Both the position numbers and the translations under genes were made by a program. From assembly GCA_963664325.2 (NCBI GenBank), contig CAXXDQ010000007.1:640001-704000 (forward strand): DNA of 64,000 nucleotides, in the 5' to 3' direction. The notes under the pieces were generated by a model. It ran no database searches. It saw nothing but the letters and a program-made list of their open reading frames with translations, and was not told where the DNA came from. This stretch comes from Desulfomonilia bacterium. Its GTDB lineage: Bacteria > Desulfobacterota > Desulfomonilia > UBA1062. Of the stretch, positions 40,077-48,622 are shown in pieces (the stretch's first letter is position 1; the number at the start of each line of letters is the position of its first letter).

Positions 40077-40382
40077 ATGAGAAGAATACTACTGAGGCAG
40101 ATGAAGGACGATCAGTGCGGCACAATAGCCGCAATAAACGCGGGTGGAGAGCTTGGCAGAAGGATACGGGACATGGGCCTTGTACCGGGAAGTGAAATAA
40201 GGATACAGGGCCGTGCCCCTCTTTATGACCCGGTTGCAATAAGGCTTCAATGTCTTACTCTCACACTCAGAAACAGTGAGGCCGATTTCATTGAAGTTGA
40301 TGTCAACGACGACATAATGGACACTGAGCCCTCAGGAACGAGAAGGCAGGCCTGGCATCGCCATCGGGGGCGGCATGCATGA
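40077..40382 (+). CDS. feoA: Ferrous iron transport protein A
   Basis: RRIRDMGLVPG, RAPLYDPV, LTLRNSEA. Confidence 0.92.
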   Translation: MRRILLRQMKDDQCGTIAAINAGGELGRRIRDMGLVPGSEIRIQGRAPLYDPVAIRLQCLTLTLRNSEADFIEVDVNDDIMDTEPSGTRRQAWHRHRGRHA

Positions 40383-42466
40383 ATAAGCACCTTGTAATAG
40401 CCCTCGCAGGCAATCCCAATTCAGGAAAAACGACCATCTTCAACGAGCTGACAGGCTCGCGCCAGCATGTAGGAAACTATCCGGGCGTGACAGTGGAAAA
40501 GAAAGAAGGGGTCTGTTTTTACCATGGTGAAAAAGTCAACATTGTCGACCTTCCGGGAACCTATTCACTTTCCGCTTATTCCCTTGAAGAACAGGCTGCC
40601 CGAGATTTTATCGCCAAGGAAAAACCCGATGCGGTGGTGCAAATTGTCGATGCCTCCAACCTCGAACGCAATCTTTATCTCTGCGTCCAGCTCATGGAGA
40701 TGGGAATCAGCCTGGTAATAGCTCTCAATATGATGGATATGGCGAAAAACCGGGGCATGGAAATCGACGCGGAAAAGCTGTCCTCACTCCTTTCCGTCCC
40801 TGTTGTAGAAACCGTGGGCCGCAAAGGCAGCGGCCTGGACAAATTGATCGGAACCGCTGTCGGACTTGCAAAGTCACATGAAACGAAAGACCTTAAAATC
40901 AGCTATGGTGACGATACGGATCTGAGTCTTGACGTAATGGAGAAAATCATCTCGGGTTCGTCATTTTTAACCGGGATTTATCCCGCCAGGTGGATTGCGC
41001 TGAAATATCTTGAAAAAGACGAGGTGGTACGCACAGAGGGTGAAAAACACGATAAAAGCATATCCGCCAGGCTGGACGATATTACGGAAAAGCTGAACAG
41101 GCACCTTGAGGCTACGCTGAAAACATATCCAGAGGCGCTCATTTCAGACCACCGGTACGGCTACGTCAAATCAATTGTCAGACAGATCACAAAGTACAGG
41201 GACAACCTCGACAGACTTTACCTGACAGACAGGATAGACAGGGTTCTTACCCACAGGATGATCGGTCCATTAATAATGATAGCGGCAATATTTCTGCTCT
41301 ACAAGTTCACATTTACCGGCGGCAGCATCCCGGTTGGCTGGCTGGACAGCCTTTTCGGACGGTTTGCGGCTTTGACGGAAAAGCACCTGCCTGACAGCCT
41401 GATAAAATCACTTATAGTTTCAGGTATAATTGACGGTGTCGGCGGCGTGGTGAAATTCGTGCCGCTTATCATGCTCATGTTCATAGGTATTGCGGCCCTT
41501 GAAGACTCGGGCTACCTTGCCAGGATAGCCTTCATGCTTGACCGGGTTTTCAGGGTCTTCGGGCTTCACGGAAGTTCGGTAATGTCATATATAGTTTCAG
41601 GGGGTATAGCCGGGGGCTGTGCCGTACCCGGCATAATGGCAACGAGGACAATAAAAAGCCCCCATGAGAGACTGGCAACAATTCTCACGGCGCCTTTTAT
41701 GAACTGCGGTGCGAAACTGCCCGTATTCGCCGTCCTTGTCGGAGCTTTTTTTGCCCATGACAGGGCATTGGTAATGGTACTGATCACCCTCATCTCATGG
41801 ATAGGCGCCCTTACCGTGGCATGGTTCCTGCGCTCCACGGTCGTCCGGGGAGACTCGACCCCGTTTGTCATGGAACTGCCCCCTTATCGGCTGCCAACAA
41901 TCAAGGGGCTTATAATTCACTCGTGGGAAAGGACCTGGCAATACCTCAAGAAGGCGGGTACGATAATCCTGGCTATATCCATTGTCCTGTGGGCGTTAAT
42001 GACCTTTCCCGTTTTACACAAGGGTGAGGCCTTTCCAGACGAACCGACAAAGGCCGAGACGGCACTCAGGCACTCCATCGCTGGCAGGGTCGGAAGCTCC
42101 ATAGAGGGCATAAGCGGCCTGGCCGGTTTTGACTGGCGCATAAATATCGCCCTCATCGGAGGTTTTGCAGCCAAGGAAGTCATTGTCTCGACCCTGGGCA
42201 CGGCCTATTCCCTCGGCAAGACCGGACACGGAAAAGACCTGCCGCTGTCGAAGAGCCTGGCGTCATCGAAGGGTTTTTCGCCGCTCGCAGCATTGAGTCT
42301 TATAATCTTCATCATATTCTATTCACCGTGCTTTGCGACAATTGTCTGTATCGTGCGTGAATCGGGTTCATGGAAATGGGGGGTCTTTTCGATACTGTTC
42401 AACACCCTTCTGGCCTTCATGCTCGCTACAGCAGTCTATCAGACCGGCAGGCTTATAGGATATTGA
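40379..42466 (+). CDS. feoB: Ferrous iron transport protein B
   Basis: GNPNSGKTT, VGNYPGVTVE, DLPGTYS, LEDSGYLAR, FVMELPPY, AAKEVIV. Confidence 0.97.
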   Translation: MNKHLVIALAGNPNSGKTTIFNELTGSRQHVGNYPGVTVEKKEGVCFYHGEKVNIVDLPGTYSLSAYSLEEQAARDFIAKEKPDAVVQIVDASNLERNLYLCVQLMEMGISLVIALNMMDMAKNRGMEIDAEKLSSLLSVPVVETVGRKGSGLDKLIGTAVGLAKSHETKDLKISYGDDTDLSLDVMEKIISGSSFLTGIYPARWIALKYLEKDEVVRTEGEKHDKSISARLDDITEKLNRHLEATLKTYPEALISDHRYGYVKSIVRQITKYRDNLDRLYLTDRIDRVLTHRMIGPLIMIAAIFLLYKFTFTGGSIPVGWLDSLFGRFAALTEKHLPDSLIKSLIVSGIIDGVGGVVKFVPLIMLMFIGIAALEDSGYLARIAFMLDRVFRVFGLHGSSVMSYIVSGGIAGGCAVPGIMATRTIKSPHERLATILTAPFMNCGAKLPVFAVLVGAFFAHDRALVMVLITLISWIGALTVAWFLRSTVVRGDSTPFVMELPPYRLPTIKGLIIHSWERTWQYLKKAGTIILAISIVLWALMTFPVLHKGEAFPDEPTKAETALRHSIAGRVGSSIEGISGLAGFDWRINIALIGGFAAKEVIVSTLGTAYSLGKTGHGKDLPLSKSLASSKGFSPLAALSLIIFIIFYSPCFATIVCIVRESGSWKWGVFSILFNTLLAFMLATAVYQTGRLIGY

Positions 42467-42477
42467 AGGAGCCATAT

Positions 42478-42624
42478 ATGGAACTTATCATTGCTTTCCT
42501 GATTACAGGTATTTCAGCCGCATATCTCATCACAGCCATATACGGCCGGCTCAAAAAACCTTCCTGTTCATGCGGGTGCGGACAGTGCCCTCTGGATAAG
42601 CAGCACACATGTGACAAGAAATAG
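42478..42624 (+). CDS. FeoB-associated Cys-rich membrane protein
   Basis: RBS AAGGAG; TM helix followed by CSCGCGQC; directly after feoB. Confidence 0.85.
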   Translation: MELIIAFLITGISAAYLITAIYGRLKKPSCSCGCGQCPLDKQHTCDKK

Positions 42625-42665
42625 GATTTCCCCTTTCACTGTAACTTAATTAAGGCCGTCATAAC

Positions 42666-42740
42666 AAAACAGGGCAGGCATCTTTGCCTACCCTGGATTT
42701 TATTCCGTGTAAAGGCTGCGGATTAGCCTGCAGCCTTCTC
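42666..42740. terminator. Two tandem hairpins between the convergent feo and OmpA-like genes
   Basis: CAGGGCAGGCA-TCTT-TGCCTACCCTG and AAGGCTGCGG...CCTGCAGCCTT. Confidence 0.55.
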
Positions 42741-42753
42741 TAACATCTCATTG

Positions 42754-43449
42754 CTATTTTCTCTTGGGCATCAATATGATTTCCATGCGGCGGTTCTTTG
42801 CGCGGCCTTCAGGCGTTGCATTGTCGGCAACAGGCCTGTATTCACTGAATCCCGATGCGCACAGAAGGGCCGGGTCAACACCGTCGGCCTGCAATAACTT
42901 GACAACAGATATTGCGCGGGCCGCGGAGAGTTCCCAGTTGGTCGCGAACTTCTTTGCAAGCGATGCGCTCATCTGAACATTGTCGGTATAACCGGCTATG
43001 ACGACATCCTGATCCTTGACCTCTTTCAGGACGCCTGCGACCTTTTTAAGCGCTTCTTTCCCCTCCTTTTTCACATCCGCCCGGCCGGAATCGAACAGGA
43101 TAGCCTCAACCATTGTAAGCGTGAGCTTCCCTTCAAGCTCCTTCAGGGTGACTTCTTTGGAAGCGAGTTCCGCCTTCATGGCATCCTGCATCTGGGCAAA
43201 TGCCGCGCTCTGCTGTTTGACCTGGACTTCCTTTGTCTGGATCTCCTTTGCCTTTGCAGCCAAAGCCTTATCCTTGGCGGCTATATCATTCTTGGCGGCA
43301 TCCAATGCCTTGTTGCATGAATCCTTGTCCTGCTGCAACTGCGCCACTTCATTCGTTAGGTTGAGATTTGCCTTTTTCAATTTACCGCAGCATCCTGACA
43401 CCGAAAAAGCAACCAGGATAATAAACGTGGCGTAAAATAACCTCTTCAT
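42754..43449 (-). CDS. OmpA/MotB-domain lipoprotein with coiled coil
   Basis: Lipobox VSGC, coiled coil, ILFDSG, GYTDN, NWELSAARA, NRRMEI. Confidence 0.9.
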   Translation of the reverse strand: MKRLFYATFIILVAFSVSGCCGKLKKANLNLTNEVAQLQQDKDSCNKALDAAKNDIAAKDKALAAKAKEIQTKEVQVKQQSAAFAQMQDAMKAELASKEVTLKELEGKLTLTMVEAILFDSGRADVKKEGKEALKKVAGVLKEVKDQDVVIAGYTDNVQMSASLAKKFATNWELSAARAISVVKLLQADGVDPALLCASGFSEYRPVADNATPEGRAKNRRMEIILMPKRK

Positions 43450-43658
43450 ACTGTACCCCCTTTGGATTTTAGATTTTTTGATGATTATCAGTTTTATATC
43501 GGCACTTAAAAAAATAATAATTAAACTTTCGTATCAAATATTTTCAGCATGAGCGATAATGCCATAAACCTAGCGGAACCGAGAGCCATTGCAAAGCCTT
43601 TTTCATTGGTGTCTGTACACTTTAACCGGTCCGTACACGTGCGGAAAATTCGATAAGC

Positions 43659-44669
43659 TCAGGTTTTTTCTTCTCCCTCCGCGTCGCTCAAGCCGGGTTC
43701 AATGCAACCGGCTTCCCGCAAAACCTCATCAACCCTGTTGTGATATCTCGGTGAAATATGCATAGGCACAATTTTCTTCGCCCTTATACACCTGGAAATC
43801 TCGCAGGCCTGCCTTGCTGTAAGGTGCGCTCTGGTGTAGGCCTCGTCCTTCATCTCATCAAGGAAAAACGCCTCTATAAACAGGGTGTCGGCCTCTTCTG
43901 CTATAGCCCTGAACCTTTCAATATTTTCCCGGGAATACCTGACATCCGCGAGATATGCTATTTTCTGACCTTTCGTTATCATTGCAATATCTTCTGCAAT
44001 CTCATCGGAACCAATTGCAATCTTTCCGCCGGCTGTTTCAATCTCGATGCCGCCTGACACGCCGGAAAGGATCATCTCTTTGAGCAGGCCGACCCACGGC
44101 CCGGGAATGAACCCCCTTTGTGAAATCATGTCGGGTCTTATGTTTACATGAAACTTCTCTCTTACCGCAAAGGCCAGGCACGGGATGTTGTGGTCAAGGA
44201 TTATGGCATCCACGATAAACCTCGGGTCGGCATATATCTCAACTCCTGATCTTTTCCCTTCAAGGACGCCTGCTTCGGCAAATCCCGCAGATGCACTGAG
44301 CGTAATGCTTTTGACTGAATCCTCCAGTATCTCGCTGACATTGATCGTCAGAGGGTATTCCGCAGTAAGGTTCCAGGTGTATGAACCGAGTTTTGCCATG
44401 AGCTTTTCGATTATGCCCCGGGGGCCGAAAACCTTCAGGGGCTTTTCCCTGTGCAGGATCACCCTCAGCAGGGAGTCAAAACCAACAAAATGATCCATGT
44501 GCATATGAGTTACGAACACGGCATCGAGCAGCAGCAGTTCCCTGTTTGAGAGTTCCAGAAATCTGCCGCAGTCGAACATCACGGCCCGGTTCTCGTTGAT
44601 AAGCCGCAGATATACTATGGGATCAAACAGCGGGCCGTTGACAAGCCTGACAATGAATGAGGACCTCAT
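43659..44669 (-). CDS. RNase Z-like metallo-beta-lactamase-fold hydrolase
   Basis: THMHMDH, LDHNIPC, YLAD, IEAFF, HLTA, HISPRY; exosite-like insert. Confidence 0.85.
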   Translation of the reverse strand: MRSSFIVRLVNGPLFDPIVYLRLINENRAVMFDCGRFLELSNRELLLLDAVFVTHMHMDHFVGFDSLLRVILHREKPLKVFGPRGIIEKLMAKLGSYTWNLTAEYPLTINVSEILEDSVKSITLSASAGFAEAGVLEGKRSGVEIYADPRFIVDAIILDHNIPCLAFAVREKFHVNIRPDMISQRGFIPGPWVGLLKEMILSGVSGGIEIETAGGKIAIGSDEIAEDIAMITKGQKIAYLADVRYSRENIERFRAIAEEADTLFIEAFFLDEMKDEAYTRAHLTARQACEISRCIRAKKIVPMHISPRYHNRVDEVLREAGCIEPGLSDAEGEEKT

Positions 44670-46717
44670 GAAACGCTGTCTGGAATATGATCAAGATCGG
44701 CGAGCCATGGCGTATCCTCGCTGTCGCTCGGCGCCCTGTAATCGCCCCGGGGAGACAGCGATCCGCCGGATCCTATCTTGGGGCTGTTCGGAACGCAGGT
44801 GCGCTTGAACTGGCTTTGCTTGAAAAATCTTTTGATAAAGACTCCCATCCATTTTTTAATTTCGGATATGCCGTAGCTGTTTCTGCTGCCCTCGGGCACG
44901 TCAGGCCATGTTCCGCCGGCCTTGTCATGCCAGGCGTTCCACGCCATGAATGCGATCTTGGTCGGGAGGTAGCCGAACCTCGTGAAGTAATAGAGGTTGA
45001 AGTCCTGGAGTTCATAGGGCCCAACCGTGTCCTCAGTGCGCTGGGCCGGCTGGCCGTTCACGGTTCCCGGTATCAGTTCCGGGCTTATCTCGGTATCAAG
45101 AATATCGGTAAGGCATGAGGAGGCCTCTGCCCCGAAGATGCCTTTCATAGCAACCCATCTGAGTATGTACTGTATCAGGGTCTTCGGCACGCTGGCGTTC
45201 ACGTTGTAATGCGACATATGGTCTCCTACCCCGTATGTGCACCAGCCCAGAGCCAGTTCGCTGAGATCGCCCGTGCCGACGACCAGGGCGTTTTCAAAGT
45301 TCGCAATCCTGAACAGGAGCGACGTCCTCTGCCCGGCCTGGATGTTTTCAAAGGTGATGTCATATACATTGCCGCCCTTGGCGAACGGGTGCCCTATGTC
45401 CTTCATCATCTGAAGACAGCCCTCTCTGATATCGATTTCCCGCGAATCCACGCCAAGTGCGGACATCAGCCTGAGCGAATTTTTATAGGTCTTGTCCGTA
45501 GTTGCAAATCCGGGGAGCGTATAAGCTTTAATATTTGTCCTCGGAAGCCCCAGAACATCCATTGTCCTTGCGCATACGATGAGGGCATTGGTCGAATCAA
45601 GCCCGCCTGAAACGCCTATGACAAGGTTCTTTATTTCTGAGGATTTCATGCGTTTTGTCAGGCCCTGGACCTGGATATTGTAAATCTCATAACATCTTTT
45701 ATCCCTTAAAGCCTGGTCTGCAGGCACATACGGAAACCTCGATATATCCCTTTTCAGGCCGATCTTTCCCTTGGGCAGGTTGATATTGAACGGCACTTCC
45801 CTGAAATTTCCGTAATTTTCCACCAACCTTTTTGCGCCATACGAAAAAGACTGTGTCCTCATCCTGTCATGGACCAGCCGGTCAAGGTCTATGTCCGCAA
45901 AAAGCACTCGAGAATCCCATGAGAATCTTTCCGATTCAGCCAGGAGAGTCCCGTTCTCGTAAATAATCGCATGGCCGTCCCAGGCAAGGTCGGTAGTCGA
46001 TTCGCCAGGGCCTGCTGCAGTGTAAATATATGCTGCAAGACATCTTGCGGATTGGTTCGATACAAGCGAATGCCGGTATTCATCCTTGCCCATCAGGATA
46101 TTTGAAGCGGACAGGTTGGCAATGACGGTGGCCCCTGACAATGCTGCGAATCCTGACGGGGGTACAGGTGTCCAGACATCTTCACATATTTCAGTAAACA
46201 GCCTGAATCCGGGGATGTTTTCGGCATTGAAAATAAGGTCGGCGCCGATCGGCACCCTCTGTCCGAGGAGGTCTGTCATATCGCAGGCCAGCTCAAGGGC
46301 AGGCCTGAAATGGCGCACCTCGTAAAATTCCCTGTAATTGGGGAGATAACTTTTAACAGCTATGCCCAGGATCTTGCCGTCCTGCATTACAATAGCACAG
46401 TTATACAGCGAATCTCCGACAACAAGCGGTGCACCGACAATGGCGACAAGCGGCAGGTTCTCGGTGGCAGCAAGGACCCTTTTCAGTGCCTCGTGAACCC
46501 CTTCAAGAAGCGCCTTCTGGAAAAAAAGGTCTTCATTTGTATAACCGGAAATCCCCAGTTCGGGAAAGACGGCAAGCAGGGCATTCCCTTCTGCCGCCCT
46601 GCCGAGAAGCCCGATTGTCTTCTCTGCATTAAACAGCGGGTCGGATACCTTCACTTCGGGGATGCAGGCAGCAACCTTTATAAATCCATGCGAGAACAGA
46701 TTGAAGAAATCCTTCAC
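44666..46717 (-). CDS. nadE: Glutamine-dependent NAD+ synthetase
   Basis: Nitrilase domain (FPEL, KSYLPNYREFYE, ICEDVW) plus GVSGGLDST, ENIQAGQR, GTGDLSE. Confidence 0.97.
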   Translation of the reverse strand: MKDFFNLFSHGFIKVAACIPEVKVSDPLFNAEKTIGLLGRAAEGNALLAVFPELGISGYTNEDLFFQKALLEGVHEALKRVLAATENLPLVAIVGAPLVVGDSLYNCAIVMQDGKILGIAVKSYLPNYREFYEVRHFRPALELACDMTDLLGQRVPIGADLIFNAENIPGFRLFTEICEDVWTPVPPSGFAALSGATVIANLSASNILMGKDEYRHSLVSNQSARCLAAYIYTAAGPGESTTDLAWDGHAIIYENGTLLAESERFSWDSRVLFADIDLDRLVHDRMRTQSFSYGAKRLVENYGNFREVPFNINLPKGKIGLKRDISRFPYVPADQALRDKRCYEIYNIQVQGLTKRMKSSEIKNLVIGVSGGLDSTNALIVCARTMDVLGLPRTNIKAYTLPGFATTDKTYKNSLRLMSALGVDSREIDIREGCLQMMKDIGHPFAKGGNVYDITFENIQAGQRTSLLFRIANFENALVVGTGDLSELALGWCTYGVGDHMSHYNVNASVPKTLIQYILRWVAMKGIFGAEASSCLTDILDTEISPELIPGTVNGQPAQRTEDTVGPYELQDFNLYYFTRFGYLPTKIAFMAWNAWHDKAGGTWPDVPEGSRNSYGISEIKKWMGVFIKRFFKQSQFKRTCVPNSPKIGSGGSLSPRGDYRAPSDSEDTPWLADLDHIPDSVS

Positions 46718-46851
46718 ACGCCCTCCGGTACTATTTTATTTGCCGTATATACCATATCGGCAAAATATTTTCTTAAAGAAAACTTTTTATCGCTTTACAA
46801 AGAGGTATGATAAGAACATTATGCAGTCCGCATACAGGAGGTATTCATCAG

Positions 46852-47673
46852 ATGAAGCCCATTCATAAATTCCCTTCCACAACAACCAGCAAGCCGGCTG
46901 CTCAATCCATCAGACTGCTCAGCTATAACATTCAGGTAGGCATAAGCACAAAAAAAGGCATGGACTACTTCACCAGCAGTTGGAAGCATTTCATGCCGCA
47001 TACGAAAAGGATTGAAAACCTCAAGAGGCTCGCCATGCTCATAAGCGAATATGACATAGTAGGCCTTCAGGAGCTTGACAGCGGGAGCTTCCGTTCGGGG
47101 TTCGTGAACCAGAGCGAATACCTGGCAGCGGCCGGCGGTTTTGACTGCTGGTACGACAAGATAAACCGCAACATGGGCCCTGTAGCAAAACACAGCATGG
47201 GCATGCTCAGCAGATTTCAGCCTGACAACGTTGAGCGTCATGACCTGCCCGGGTTTCCGGGCCGCGGCTGTCTGGCCGTGACATACGGAAATGACAGGGA
47301 CCTCGGTATCATCATGACCCACCTGTCCCTTGGAAAAAGGGCCAGGCTGAAACAGGTGGATTTTCTGTGCGAGCTGATCGCGGATTTCTCGAATGTCGTA
47401 TTGATGGGGGACCTCAACTGTATTCCCAAGAGCGAAGAGATCGTGAAACTGAAGGAAAAAGCAGGCCTCAGGGATTATGGATCTTCAAATCCGAGCTATC
47501 CGAGCTGGGACCCGGTACAGAGGCTGGATCATATACTCGTTTCTTCGAACATGAACATCAGAAACACCAGAGTTCTGCCGTGGTCGCTCTCCGATCACCT
47601 GCCGATTTCAATGGAAATAGAACTCGGCGGAAATATCCTGCCCGCAGGGCTCAGGCTGAAAAAGGCTGCATAG
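46852..47673 (+). CDS. Endonuclease/exonuclease/phosphatase (EEP) family protein
   Basis: SYNIQ, GLQE, THLSL, GDLN, LDHI, SDHLP; RBS AGGAGG. Confidence 0.9.
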   Translation: MKPIHKFPSTTTSKPAAQSIRLLSYNIQVGISTKKGMDYFTSSWKHFMPHTKRIENLKRLAMLISEYDIVGLQELDSGSFRSGFVNQSEYLAAAGGFDCWYDKINRNMGPVAKHSMGMLSRFQPDNVERHDLPGFPGRGCLAVTYGNDRDLGIIMTHLSLGKRARLKQVDFLCELIADFSNVVLMGDLNCIPKSEEIVKLKEKAGLRDYGSSNPSYPSWDPVQRLDHILVSSNMNIRNTRVLPWSLSDHLPISMEIELGGNILPAGLRLKKAA

Positions 47674-47674
47674 G

Positions 47675-47706
47675 AAAAAATCCCGGCCTGGATAGGCCGG
47701 GGGTTT
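47675..47706. terminator. Terminator hairpin between convergent genes
   Basis: A-run, CCCGGCCT-GGAT-AGGCCGGG, then GGTTT. Confidence 0.7.
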
Positions 47707-47714
47707 GGCAAAGC

Positions 47715-47879
47715 TTACAATTCCTTGTTTAGGACTTTTTCTTTGAGAATATCCCACTGCTCTCTTGTAAGCGTGCATATATTCTTGTCTTCACCGATGA
47801 CTACCCTTTCCCTTTCCACCCTGACTTCCGGACAGCATGACCCTTCCTTGCAAAGCTTAACAGTGATTTCTTTTTCCAT
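47715..47879 (-). CDS. 54-aa Cys-containing small protein
   Basis: Manual translation MEKEITVKLCKEGSCCPEVRVERERVVIGEDKNICTLTREQWDILKEKVLNKEL*; RBS AAGGAG; terminator directly downstream. Confidence 0.75.
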   Translation of the reverse strand: MEKEITVKLCKEGSCCPEVRVERERVVIGEDKNICTLTREQWDILKEKVLNKEL

Positions 47880-48165
47880 TTAGCATCTCCTTCAGGTTTA
47901 AATATTTTATAGAATCCTTATTAGTGTCATAAAAGTTTAAAATCAATACCCGGCATGATTTTTTTTGCCTGGTAACTGTGAACTGCGGCTAAGAAATTTT
48001 TTTGTTGGCCGAGGTCGGGCTGAATTTGTTTAATGAGACTGAAATTTACGGTAGAGGTCTCTTGAATTATAGACATATTTTCTAGTTTTACCCATGTATT
48101 AAAATTTGTTCTAAATATTGTCTTTTAAACTGACGATAAATTTAAAAATAAGAAAGGGAGGTATT

Positions 48166-48393
48166 ATGTCACAAAAACCTAGCGATAAACTGGAAAAGCT
48201 TTTTTCATTATTTAAGCAAGCAATTACAGATGAGCAAGGGGCACAGAAGCTTTATATGGAGATGTTGAAAAATACTGATGACCCGGACTTGAAAATAATA
48301 CTTTTAGAATTTATTCAACAGGAACAAGGCCACGAGAAAACGCTAGTTAGAAGGTACAACGCCTTAAGAAAATCAGGAAAGTTTGAGGGATAA
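48166..48393 (+). CDS. Small ferritin/rubrerythrin-like protein (single helix pair)
   Basis: RBS GGGAGG; AITDEQGAQKLY...EQGH (E...ExxH). Confidence 0.75.
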   Translation: MSQKPSDKLEKLFSLFKQAITDEQGAQKLYMEMLKNTDDPDLKIILLEFIQQEQGHEKTLVRRYNALRKSGKFEG

Positions 48394-48622
48394 TAACTTC
48401 GCTTCATTTTAAAAGTTCTAATACTTCATCTATTGTCCACTCATGATCTGCAACCACTGCTTTCATTGCAGGTATAATCCTCAATGTCTGGTGAATCCTA
48501 CGGAAAATATAGGGATACAGTACAAGCCATATTGTACATCTTCTTGGAAAAACCATTTGTCAATTTTGTAAACTTTTTCAACCCGCTATTGAATTTCCCG
48601 TCGATTTGACTTTCAGACCCGC

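Noticed and set aside
42754-43449. Flagellar motB
   Set aside because: It has a lipobox and coiled coil rather than the MotB TM helix, and there is no motA.
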